64,000 nucleotides of DNA, from assembly GCA_002269645.1 (NCBI GenBank), contig NIVC01003563.1:1-64000 (forward strand), read 5' to 3'. The notes under the pieces are model-generated. The model worked only from the letters and a program-made list of their open reading frames with translations. It searched no databases and was not told the origin of the DNA. This document shows, piece after piece, positions 12,875 to 26,453 of this stretch (positions are counted from its first letter, which is position 1; the number at the start of each line of letters is the position of its first letter). Made by a program: the position numbers and the translations under genes. This stretch comes from Macrostomum lignano. Taxonomy: Eukaryota.

Positions 12875-14122
12875 TATTGTCATTAATGCAAGAGATTTCC
12901 GGGCATCAATGTCGAAAATTCCGGGCTCTGTGTTATTACATAGAATGCAGTTGAAATGTCTATGGCCATTATTTCTTTTGATTTGCGAGCTCTGGGCCAT
13001 AGACGAAGTTTTGATGGTCCAGGTCTAGAGATGGACAGTAAAACTGAAGGAGCTAGAAAAATGCTAAATGTATATTTTTTCAAATCTGTCAGGACTAAGC
13101 TGTGCTTGAGTTCTGAAAATGATCTACCATTTAGTTAATTATTCCAATCTGCTGGGAGAAATGGTTTCCGGTATGTCGACCGAAGAGCTGGCGTGGGTAT
13201 CATCCGAGTCGAACAGCCGGTATTTGGAGGAACTGAGCGAAGAATTTGCGTGCAAGATAGAATCAGAAGAGATTCTCGACATTCCGGAGGACGTGATGCA
13301 AGAGTTGAATCAGCTTGAACGAGATGGAATACCGGACTCCTCCGCCCGGCAGATGTGATGCAAGAGTTGAATCAGCTTGAACGAGATGGAATACCGGACT
13401 CCTCCGCCCGGCAGATGTGATGCAAGAGTTGAATCAGCTTGAACGAGATGGAATACCGGACTCCTCCGCCCGGCAGATGTGATGCAAGAGTTGAATCAGC
13501 TCGAACGAGATGGAATACCGGACTCCTCCGCCCGGCAGATGTGATGCAAGAGTTAAATCAGCTTGAACGAGATGGAATACCGGACTCCTCCGCCCGGCAG
13601 ATGTGATGCAAGAGTTAAATCAGCTTGAACGAGATGGAATACCGGACTCCTCCGCCTGGCAGATGGAGGACAATATGAGCCACTTCAAGACTTTTCTGGA
13701 AGAAATGCAACGGATCTGCTGCGAATTCCAAAGTCGATTCTGGCTAATTATTAGCGTTTCTTCTATTCGACACTGCGAACAAAGAACGAGCGTCCTTGCT
13801 CGAGATCGTCTTGCTGAAGGACAAGTTGAGCAGGCTGCGCCAGCTCCATCGGTCAGTGTGAATTTCTCTGGAACATTTCAAAATTGTACGTTCGATTTCC
13901 ACGGCCTGAAAGACTAATTTAATTTAACTAACTGATCGTCTCTCTTTGCATGCGTATAAGCGCATAAACTTTGCTGTTATTTGTTGGCCTCTGTTTCACA
14001 CTGTTGTTCTATTTCGCTCTATTACTGAAATAGAAAATACCATAGACAATTCAAGGCACGAATTGCCACATTGACGCCCAGAAAAGGGACGCTTAAGCCC
14101 GCAAAAATTAATGACAATATTA
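12872..14122 (+). mobile_element. Internally deleted Crypton-like (tyrosine recombinase, DUF3504/ZMYM-type) element
   Basis: N-terminus from ATG 13161 (...ELNQLERDGIPDSSARQMEDNMSHFKTFLEE). Frameshifted core-binding motif IPKSILANY*RFFYSTLRTKN at 13725-13788. It is joined directly to the typical tail VNFSGTFQNCTFDF* (stop at 13917). No catalytic R-H-R-H-Y region remains. Imperfect inverted ends: ATTGTCATTAAT/ATTAATGACAAT and GGGCATCAATGT/ACATTGACGCCC. Confidence 0.7.
13294..13665. repeat. 62-bp tandem repeat, 6 copies, inside the Crypton ORF
   Basis: Unit TGATGCAAGAGTTGAATCAGC...CCGCCCGGCAGATG starts at 13294, 13356, 13418, 13480, 13542 and 13604. Confidence 0.96.
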
Positions 14123-14492
14123 TTAAAAATTCAAAAAGATACAGAACCATTTCAATACAAGCCGTGCTAATCAAGAAACTTCAATCACAAGGTGAGCTAC
14201 ATGTAGTTGCTACTGGGGTAGTATAGTTTGCCGTTCATCATGTTTGGTGTCCCTATAGAGAGGATTTAAAATTTGTGTAGGCGTTGGCATATTTCTAAAT
14301 TGTATGAAATAATAATTCAAATTAGTATATAAACTATAATGTTTTGCTGTAGTGTATAACTTCACAAGAAAATATCGATGTTGCTTTGATTTATTTTTTT
14401 CTTAAAGCTGCTATCAATTCACTAAATAATATGGGTATCCACTGATTAGAAGTCGTTTTTAATCGAATTTATAGCCTTAGTCAGCCTTGATG

Positions 14493-15461
14493 TGATGTGT
14501 TCCTTACTAAGACTTTCTTAGTAATCAAGGAAAATCTCTTCTAGCTACTGCTAGGCAACCCAGTAATCAGTAATCAGTAACCAGTAATGAGTACCCCTTT
14601 GTCGATCTGGAATTCCTCGTCGTCAGTTCGTATAAGACGCCTTGATGCTGGTAGTTTCGATACCAGTTTCTCTTGTACTGCCTGGGGCATGTCGCTGTCC
14701 GGTATCTGTAGTCCGAACCAATAAGAAGCTTTGAATCAACAATGGGGATCCCTGCGCCGCGCTGCGGTTTAAACAAGCCTACTCCTTCTAGCAGTGAAGT
14801 AATCCACTCTAGGTATAGCTCCAGTAATGACTTTGACTTTACACAAGTCAAGACTACTACCAATGGAGTCTCAGATGGACTCAGTCACAACAACACTCTC
14901 GAGTCAACTCAACAAGTGTAGCGCAAAGAACTTAGCCGAGTCTCGGTTGACTTGGTCTGAAGGAAGTCTCTTGCTGGCTTCCTATTCGGAGCTCTTCTTC
15001 TCTCTTAAAGGATATAAGGCTCCGGTCCGCTTCGGACCTCTTGTATTTATACACAATTTTCGCAAGATATAAATAGTAGCATGACTCATTTTAGTTATAA
15101 ATAGTAATATGATTCATAGTTAAAATTTTGGTGCGCTATAGCACTATGTGTTGTAGATATAACACTACAACACTACACAGCCGTTGATCATACGCTCGTG
15201 TAAGTACGATTTTATTATCTATGGCAGATGTTAAAGGTGAAATACAGTTCTACAGCGCTAAGCTAAGAAGCCAGAGCGGCATTCCCCACCGCTAGTTTTT
15301 ACACTTCATTCCACTGCAATTATCTGCCTTTTGTTCTTAGTTGTAGCACCCGCTACAGCGCATGCGTGCGTTGCTCTACTTACAGTAGCATTTCTATGAA
15401 TAAACCTGTACCTGTAAATTAAAAATTTTTATGATTTTTGTGGGAAGTAGAACACTCTACA
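14493..15461 (-). mobile_element. Solo LTR (copy A), homologous to 33820-34671
   Basis: On the minus strand it starts TGTAGAGTGTTCTACTTCCC and ends TAAGGAACACATCA. TATAAATACA at 15042-15051 is followed by a GGTCCGAAGCGGACC hairpin. Many collinear blocks are shared with copy B. No clean TSD. Confidence 0.82.
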
Positions 15462-15817
15462 ATAGATGTTCGAGCCCTCGTGTCGTTTTGCGTCTCGTTG
15501 AGGTATTGGGAATTGAATTGAGATCCACATTGGCAAAAATGAGCACCCAATGGCACCTGCTTTCTATAGTCTATGGCTCAAACGGGTGGCTGGTGGGCGA
15601 TTAACTTAAGCTTTCGGGCATGAACTTGTCCATTTCTGCTCTTCTATCTGATAATTAACCGTCAAATAATATTAAAGTACAGAGCGACAAGAGTACAGGT
15701 ATGCCCAAGCCGTGTGTTGCCACAAGAAATTGGCCTGATCTGATGCCGATGCGCTGTGAAAAGGCCGTATCGCAACTCTAGCTATCTCAGTGGACGAGCC
15801 CGGAGATGGCGTCAGTC

Positions 15818-16462
15818 CAGGGGCGTAGCCAGGAATTTTGATTGGGGGGGCCGTGAGTTAGGGGGCGCCAGCTTCTTAGAGGGGGGCGCCAGTTTCTTTT
15901 AGGGGGGGGGGCGCCAGTTTCTTATAGGGGGGGGCGCCAGTTTCTTTTAGGGGGGGGGCGCCAGTTTCTTATAGGGTGGCGCCAGTTTCTTATAGGGGGC
16001 GCCAGTTTCTTTTAGGGGGGGGGGGCGCCAGTTTCTTATAGGGGGGCGCCAGTTTCTTTTAGGGGGGGGGCGCCAGTTTCTTTTAGGGGGGGGGCGCCAG
16101 TTTCTTATAGGGTGGCGCCAGTTTCTTATAGGGGGGCGCCAGTTTCTTTTAGGGGGGGGCGCCAGTTTCTTTTAGAGGGGGGGCGCCAGTTTCTTTTAGG
16201 GGGGGGGCCAGTTTCTTTTAGGGGGGGGCGCCAGTTTCTTATAGGGTGGCGCCAGTTTCTTATAGGGGGGGCGCCAGTTTCTTTTAGAGGGGGGGCGCCA
16301 GTTTCTTTTAGAGGGGGGGCGCCAGTTTCTTTTAGGGGGGGGGGCGCCAGTTTCTTCTAGGGGGGGGGGGGCGCCAGTTTCTTTTAGGGGGGGGGCGCCA
16401 TGGCCAGAGTTGGTGATTCGGGGGGCCACGGCCCCCTTGCCCCCCCTCTGGCTACGCCCCTG
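15818..16462. mobile_element. hAT-type MITE filled with a GGGGCGCCAGTTTCTT(T/A)TAGGGG minisatellite
   Basis: Perfect 15-bp TIR CAGGGGCGTAGCCAG/CTGGCTACGCCCCTG; 8-bp TSD CGTCAGTC at 15810-15817 and 16463-16470. Confidence 0.92.
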
Positions 16463-17784
16463 CGTCAGTCAACTGGCCGGACTGACTTCGGACTCTGGGC
16501 GTGGGATCGCGTCAGGAGACTTGATCAGCCCGTCCCTATGGCACAAATCAGACCCAGCCAGTCCCGCAAGTGAGAAAGAAACGCAACTCACTCTTGTCTT
16601 CACACAACGGCGATGGCGGCGGCAGGGGCTGGTTCCCTCGAATTCTGGCAGTGAGAGCTTCTAAGAGTGACTTTCAGTTGTAGCGGTTGCGGAGTTAGTA
16701 CGAGCGTAGCTGAGTCTAGGACATCGAAAAGGTGGCCCCCTACCGCCGCTCATGGATACATATACACTCAGCAACATGCTAAAGTTTCCACCCTGAAACC
16801 ACTGGTCAACAATTATGGCAGCTTTAATCCAACTCCTAGGCCTCCTTCTCACTTACTCACTTCCTCCTTACCAGCCTAAGCTGGGGTCTTTGTGACGCAA
16901 ATTACATCATCCACAGTTGAGATGAGAACCGCAGGCGTGGTGTGAGTTGCGCCACCTGGAGCCGAGATCTGAGGACAGTTTACCTCTGGTTTCGGGGTGG
17001 AAACTTTAACTATGTTGCTGAGTGTATGCTAAGCAGTGCAGATTCAACCCGACACAACACATGCGAACTATATAGATCTAACCTTCATTCTTGTATATTT
17101 ACATTTGTCTGCTTATTGTCTATTGTCCAGCGAGATAACCAATCCACATCCACCATGTAACGATTCAACAGCAGAGCTTAAATCTCATTTTACCCAGCTT
17201 CACACAGCATGAACCTGTAATAGCAGAATAAAATATCTTTCGTTAGGTTTCAAAATCCGTAAGGTTTGCAACTGAAAACAACAAACAGAAACAGGATATA
17301 AACTTGCACTAAATGAGGCAGACTGGCTTAATTTATTAAATTTAGAAACGCGTGTTTTGTTACTTAAAACTGTGTAGCAGCATCCTGTGAGAGTGCGGTA
17401 TTTTTTTGCAAAAAGACACTTTCACAACAATAGAGCAAGTGCACCAATCCAAAACTCGTAGTATAAAACCTACTAATTGCGAAAACAGAATCTGAGAGGA
17501 GTTCTTATCTTTCTGTCTGATGTACATGTAGTATTGTAGTCTATTTTGGTATTAGAGGAATGGAACTGTGAACCCTGGTGTACTTAAAACGGCATTACTG
17601 TCCATTCCGCCAACCCCCCCCCCCACACACACGCATACATGTACGTACGCATTCATACGCGCAGGCACGCGCTCACATAGGAGTGTACAGCGGCCCTATC
17701 CTTATTTATCGTTGGGTTGGCCCTCAAAAGCGTTTATTGCCCACTCAGACCCAAGCCGAGATTCCAATTTAGCCCCAAATTGAT

Positions 17785-17840
17785 GTGCCACTCGCCTGGA
17801 ATCGAGCCTGAACCACGGCCACTAGACTATAAACCCCTTC
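17785..17840 (-). mobile_element. tRNA-derived SINE-like head (not a functional tRNA)
   Basis: A-box TAGTCTAGTGG and B-box-like GGCTCGATTCC are only ~10 nt apart, so the anticodon arm is missing. Confidence 0.4.
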
Positions 17841-18011
17841 CGATGCAGTCTGGGGATTTATCAATCAAAGGTAAAGAGTGATTAACGCCGCTGCTGTAGC
17901 GGTGAAGACTCGATTCCACATCCGGGAAAGAAGTGGTAGCAATGAATGAGTTCCAGATCGATATCTGTCTGTTTGATGGCTGTGCAAGACAGCAGAATGG
18001 GTCACTGGTTT

Positions 18012-18375
18012 ATGGCTAATCTTGCTGTTGCGCTCGTTATTTTATTCTGTAGGAACGATTATTAACAGACGCAGTGCTCAACTGGTGGAACCTTTGACTT
18101 TGACTTTGACTTTGAAATGTACACCAGAGTTTTATGGACGGTACTCGCGAGACCGCCTTTGCAAACGCTGATCCTTGCAGCAATCACAGCATGCCGGAAA
18201 TCACAGACTCCAAGGCCTCTTCCGCACCTCTCAACGCATCTGATGTTTTCATCAACTGGTGGTTGCTTCAAATTCTACAAGATTTTGACCGGATGGTACT
18301 CACTGAGGTCTCCAGTTGGAGACTTCCTAACCTGCGGCAGAGCCTACCCTAATATCCTCACGAACATCGTTTAGA
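18012..18375 (+). pseudogene. 5' fragment pseudogene of the EGF-D8C family
   Basis: Degenerate MANLAVALVILF signal, QTQCSTGGTFD, then a (GACTTT)n expansion and frameshift. GGATGGTACTCACTGAGGTCTCCAGTTGGAGACTTCCTAACC matches both intact paralogs; there is a 27-nt deletion, and similarity ends at about 18375. Confidence 0.85.
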
Positions 18376-19246
18376 AAGTCAACCCGAACAGACAGCTGTA
18401 TATTCCGAAATTTTCCAGAATCAGTCAGTTAGGACTGGAGATTATCTGCTTTAATCGCTTGAAAAGACAGATTTCAAATCAAATATATTTTAGCCGCAAT
18501 TTACCGATTAAAGGAGAAACGGTTTTTCTATTTAAGACAGAGTTTTCCACAGAAATTTTAGTAAAAGCAAACTACTGTAAAGCAAAAATTTCTCTAAGCA
18601 CAGCTGCTTACATTGCAGAATTTGAAATATTTTTGTTGCTTGTGCACAACTGCTTAGGATTGTAAAAGTAAACGGAATTGGTGTTTCTGCTGTAAAGAGA
18701 AATATTCGGGCAGAAAAACTTTGATAGGTAAGCATAATAAAATAAGCTAATATTAAATTTCAAACAACATCACGGAAATAAGGTACTCTAGCTCAGCTCT
18801 AAAAACTAAAACTGTACCTATTACCTACAAATGATTTTCTTGTTTACACCCAGTGCCTGGATAAATAAAAAACAACTATCCTTTTGCGTTCTAGGCATGA
18901 GCAAATTATAAAACTGAATTACTATTAGCTCAAAGTAATAGGATCAGCAGTTGGGTACAAAAAACCAAGAATTTTGTACTTTAGTAATATGTACCTACTA
19001 TCTGATGCATAGAAATTTCCACAACAAAAAATCTAGCCTTTATAAATACAATTCATACATGAAATCGTTACGTCATATAATCACACTCATTCACTCCTGG
19101 TTAGCATTTCTTTCAGCTTTACAATTTAGTCCAGGTGCTGAAAGTCTACAAAATATTTGTTAACAAGCGTCACAGTTCCGTAAAAATAATCAAATCTTTA
19201 AGAAAAGCTCCTTAAAAACCCGTGAAACTCCAGTTTCTAATGCTAG

Positions 19247-21877
19247 TCATGTACGCAGACAAAGGCGAAGCAAAATAGCACTGCCGAGAACAATGGACAA
19301 ATTCTCGTAGGGCTTCAAAACCAACCCTGGCGTGCTTGACAAAGTGATCGTCAAGAAACGTGACGACATAGTAGTCGTAGTCGTCCTCATATTCAACGCA
19401 GACCCGTCGGCCGTCAACTTTAGGGACATAAATGTCACCAATCTTCCAGCGGTGTAGACACCGCTTCTCAAAGCGGTTGAGTTGAAACTGGCGCTCACCT
19501 CAATTTGAGTTCCATTCACTGACAACGCCGCTGCTTGATTTGAAACTAACAACCTTAACTCTAAACAGATGACCGGGTGTCGATTCGTTGCATTCAATGT
19601 GACGGATAGAGCATCAATGCCAGACTTCGATTGGCCAAACTGAGCTGCTTTAATCTCCACTTTCAGAGCTTCGTTTGGCACAGCCGCGGTCTGTCGTGCT
19701 GAAACTCCCAGCGTGACCTCGCCAATGATCGGAACCTTGGAAATGTTGATGCAAAGTTGGATCGGATTCGACGTTGTGAGCACCAACGAGGAGGGCTCTA
19801 CTAACTGAAAGAGAAGTCGGTGAGAAGCAGAAACCAGCTCCTGGGAAATGTAGTCTTCCGCTGATGAGTTGCACTTTGCCTGAAGGGTGCACTCCAGTGT
19901 TGCACCGTAGAAGTTCGAATGCGGCATTAGCATCTTTTCGTACGGGCAGGACGCGATGACTCGATTTCCTGGAGCCACAGATAAATCATCAACTGTGCAG
20001 CCTGAAATGACGACCTGCGTTGAGTTGTGAAATGTGATTCGGTATTTCACCCTATAAAGGAGTCCTAGCGTAGAGTTTGTACTAAACGCGTCACGAATGG
20101 CACAGTTAAATCGATCAAAATGCGGCTCGGATGAAGCACTCTTTGCTTGGCTAAGCACTGGCAACACGTCGGCTCCGGACTTCACCCTTGGCAAGCACGC
20201 GGATGCGTTGACGCAGGGCTCGTAGCCCGAGCCGTCAGCTGACACGAGACCGCCGCTGCACGCCTTCCTGTTTCCGATGCAGAAGTGGTGACTGCTCGAC
20301 ATGGTGGGTTCCAAATAGTAAAGATTAAACAATCCGCAGTAGAGCATTCGGACAGGATATGAAGTCTCTGCCGAGTTGTAGCAGACGGGTCCTGGCTGAC
20401 TGACTCTGAAGAGTTTGGCGGAAAAAAGCTGTCTGTTCGCATTGGCTTCCTGGACGATGTCGGTGAGGATATAAGGGTCGGCGCTGCCGCAGCTGACGGT
20501 TGTGTTGGGACACATGCTGGTTAGGAAGCCTCCAGCTGGAGACCTCAGTCGGTACCATCCAGTCGCCATGTTGTAAAAGTTGATGCAACCACCAGTTGAT
20601 GAACACGACTGGGTGTTGCCAGGTGCATGAGAGGCCGTGGAGTCAGTAATTTCGGGTATGCTGGCATTGCTGCACGGATCAGAGCTTGAAAAAGCGGTCT
20701 CGCAGGTCCGTCCATAGAACTCTGGTGTACAAATGCACCGGTAGCTGACGTAGTCAAAGGTTCCACCATTGGAGCAGTGCGTCTGTGACTCCACTTCACA
20801 GCAGCTCAGCAGCAGAGACAATACCACCGCCCACCTGCGATATAAGATTTAAAGTAGTGTTAGATTGATTGAAAAGGAGCCCTGCTCTTTGAATCGAAGT
20901 AAGAATGTATGCATGCATGCATTATAGGCGAGGTTAGTCATAAATATACCTGTGTGTGCTGCAGCTCATTTTGCAGTAGTGTTATTCGGTAGTGCTTGAC
21001 GATAACCAAAGATATGTTGCGCTATTGGTGTGTTCTAATTTCAGATCCTAACCTCCGAAAGCGTTACATTACGTTAAAAAAATCTCACCTGAGCATAGCT
21101 GAAACATGTCGGCTCATCTTGTTCAATAGTGAAGTGTCACTAGTCTATTTAATAAAACTTTATTCTGCGCGTTGAAGCTTAGAATTTTGGCCTCCGTCCT
21201 GACGGTAAACTATCGGGAATATGAACTTATTGCTGGAGCTCAATCCACTTTATACATGTAAGAGAGTATTGCACTACCGTATCAAATTCATATATTCATC
21301 CTTTACCGTTCTGAACCGTTACTAAATTTAGCAGCCATTGTAATTATTCTGTCTGCTCTATATGAGTATCAGTGTGCCTCTGCCGTCTGTCTTTCTCCGC
21401 CTCTGCTCATATTCTATCGGCTGCCTCAAAAAACTCCATTCAATTTTGCAGTCTAACCGATGATATATTGCGTTTTCTATGCTAATTTACTCGTAGTAGG
21501 TTCCCTTATAACAGATTGAGCCTCAATATGGCAGAGGGTTGTGACTAACAATAGGCTGTGGACCTTATGAGGGGCCGATTAACTATGTGAGCAGAAGAAA
21601 GAATGAGCAGAGGTGGAGAGAGTCTTCTCACATTTTAAACAGGAAGCTTATTTTTTTGTAGACAAACATTTATGGCAAAGATCTTAGGTTATCCAGAAAT
21701 TCCGATTGGATAAGCAGCAGTTCGCTAGTTCATCGGAAAAGAAGATTGAGTGCCACACGATATTCTCTTAGACAGGTTGTATATACTTTGCGAAAATTTT
21801 AAGAAGTTCGAAATCTATAAAAAGTATATTTGGGGAAATAATTCACGCATTATTCTTTGAGATACTTACCGGAGCAT
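19247..21877 (-). CDS. Secreted/GPI-type EGF + D8C (uromodulin/VWDE-like) protein, 531 aa; exons 21877-21870 and 20834-19247
   Basis: Exon 1 ATGCTCCG|GTAAGT spliced in phase 2 to ttatatcgcAG|GTGG gives MLRWAVVLSLLLSCC (signal peptide). EGF domain CSNGG...CICTPEFYGRTCE; D8C-like GWYRL...CP...CG...CGLFNLYYLEP...FC; hydrophobic C-terminus with no cytoplasmic tail. Confidence 0.82.
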
Positions 21878-22627
21878 TAGTCCACCAAAAACCACCACTG
21901 TTTAACTGGGTTGATTGAAATAAAACAAATTTAAACAAAATTCTAAGAAATCTAAGAAGCACCGAGTTCATGCAAGTTAAAGAAAGCAGAGCATTGCGGG
22001 GCCTTGCTTGGTTCTTTATATAGAGAGTATAGTCTACTATAGTGTCGGAGTCTGTATAGAGGATGTCTGTTATTTATTCATGTTGCTAAATTTAGCAACG
22101 GTATTTAGTATAGTGCGTGAGCAGAGGCAACTCTGGCTCGTACTAACGGGATGCAAGGTTGTCGTGACGTACCGCTGTCTGTAAATAGCCTAACGGATGG
22201 TTTTAGTTTTTTGTCTGGCATTAAACATAACATCCGTAATGATTTACGAGTATTTAATCAAAAGCTAGTTTACCTGTTTAGTTTGGTGGGCATTCTAATA
22301 AGAAAGTTGTTTTGCTTGTCTCGTCTTATGATTTTTAGGAGCGATTTCAGAACCAGAAGCATCTGAGAACAAAAACTTAAACCTTGACGCACACAAAGAC
22401 TTGCAGAAACGTCACTGTCACAAAAAACCCTTAATTTCAGAAAAATAAGCGTTGCTTTTTCTTGCTTACTTAAATCGGGAAATTTAAATGCTTTAGCTCT
22501 AAGTTATAACCAATCCGGCTATTGGACTGGATCTCTGATTTTAATTCGGACTCAACTATCATTGAATTGTGTCTCCAACGCCGCCATCATAATATGTGAT
22601 AGAAATCAAGTTTACACTGAGACTGTT

Positions 22628-23186
22628 GGATAGAGGGAGCTGTAGGGACTGTGGGATAGATGGGCTGTAGGGACTATGGGATAGAGAGGCTGTAGGGACT
22701 GTGGGATAGAGAGGCTGTAGGGACTGTGGGATAGAGGGAGCTATAGGGACTGTGGGATAGAGAGAGCTGTAGGGACTGTGGGATAGAGGGAGCTATAGGG
22801 ACTGTGGGATAGAGAGAGCTGTAGGGACTGTGGGATAGAGGGAGCTGTAGGGACTGTGGGATAGAGGGAGCTGTAGGGACTGTGGGATAGAGGGAGCTGT
22901 AGGGACTGTGGGATAGAGGGAGCTGTAGGGACTGTGGGATAGAGGGAGCTGTAGGGACTGTGGGATAGAGGGAGCTGTAGGGACTGTGGGATAGAGGGAG
23001 CTGTAGGGACTGTGGGATAGAGGGGGCTGTAGGGACTGTGGGATAGAGGGGGCTGTAGGGACTGTGGGATAGAGGGAGCTGTAGGGACTGTGGGATAGAG
23101 GGAGCTGTAGGGACTGTGGGATAGAGGGAGCTGTAGGGACTGTGGGATAGATGGGCTGTAGGGATTGTGGGATAGAGGGAGCTGTA
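22628..23186. repeat. 26-bp minisatellite (TAGAGGGAGCTGTAGGGACTGTGGGA)n, ~21.5 copies
   Basis: Direct reading. Confidence 0.95.
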
Positions 23187-23612
23187 CTGCAAGTGTCCCT
23201 CATGTACTGCAAGTGTCCCTCATGTACTGCAAGTGTCCCTCATGTACTGCAAGTGTCCCTCATGTACTGCAAGTGTCCCTCATGTACTGCAAGTGTCCCT
23301 CATGTACTGCAAGTGTCCCTCATGTACTGCAAGTGTCCCTCATGTACTGCAAGTGTCCCTCATGTACTGCAAGTGTCCCTCATGTACTGCAAGTGTCCCT
23401 CATGTACTGCAAGTGTCCCTCATGTACTGCAAGTGTCCCTCATGTACTGCAAGTGTCCCTCATGTACTGCAAGTGTCCCTCATGTACTGCAAGTGTCCCT
23501 CATGTACTGCAAGTGTCCCTCATGTACTGCAAGTGTCCCTCATGTACTGCAAGTGTCCCTCATGTACTGCAAGTGTCCCTCATGTACTGCAAGTGTCCCT
23601 CATGTACTGCAA
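23183..23612. repeat. 20-bp minisatellite (TGTACTGCAAGTGTCCCTCA)n, ~21.5 invariant copies
   Basis: Direct reading; abuts the 26-bp array through a shared TGTA. Confidence 0.97.
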
Positions 23613-24443
23613 TCGGCCAAATATTTCCACTCTTGAAGTCACTCATCTGAATTAAGTGCAATTAAATAGCTAAAGAGTTTGGATTCTCGATGCCGAAACA
23701 GGTTGGAATCTTTTTCAATTAAAGTCTAAAGATGGACTGCTAACAAGGAGATGCAATAAGGATTCAATTTTTCAATAAGGATTTACAGTATAGCAGAGAT
23801 CCGTGAATCCAGACAGTAAAAACTCGTCTCCTCTGCGTTGCTTTTGCTACCAAGTAGAGCAAAGAAAAAAAATTATTGGCACAATACCCTACTAGTTTAC
23901 GTTGCTTTCAGACAATTAATGCCGGGACAGAACGAGACGAATGCAAAAAATAATTGCATCCTGTTTCTCTTTTATTATTTTTTATTATCATTATTACTAT
24001 TTCTACTCAACATCAATGAGTCTGTGCTCAATAGGGTTAAAGGGGCTTTCATCTGTCTGAAGCGAAAGCGCCGCTCTCAGTCTGAGAACTGTTTTTAAGA
24101 TATCAACCTGGCGGATACGGCAGCATCAGGGATGCCATCGCAGACCACAATAGTGCCAACAAATATAATTAGTTACTAATATAATAAGAAACTAAATCCT
24201 TGAGAAGATTAATAATCTTCTCATCCTGCATGCTGAGACAATTTGCGAAAGCATAAAAGCGAGTCCGTCCAAGCCCGTTTCAAGCGACGCTGGCAGCCAA
24301 GTAGCGACCCAAAAGACTGTTCAACTTCTATTGGAATCCATTCGAACTCCAAGTCGTCAGGCAATAAGCGGCACCACAGTAAGAATTCAATGGCTATATT
24401 TGTTGCTTTTTTTCTGCCTGTCCTAGTGTCTTAGTATCTTAGT

Positions 24444-26383
<1,940 letters not shown>

Positions 26384-26453
26384 AGCTTCCTGAGTAAATT
26401 TCGAATGTCTATAAAACGGCAAATGCGTTATTTTCTTTTGTGCAGGCACCAAG

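Noticed and set aside
16470-16680. Minus-strand exon-like pieces (IRGNQPLPPPSPLCEDK)
   Set aside because: The donor and next acceptor phases do not match, and no parent gene was found.
17785-17840. Functional tRNA gene
   Set aside because: The A and B boxes are too close and there is no anticodon arm; kept only as a SINE-like head.
23183-23612. Invariant direct repeats suggesting a CRISPR array (also 13294-13665 and 46331-48038)
   Set aside because: The repeats are contiguous with no unique spacers, there are no cas genes, and the context is eukaryotic.
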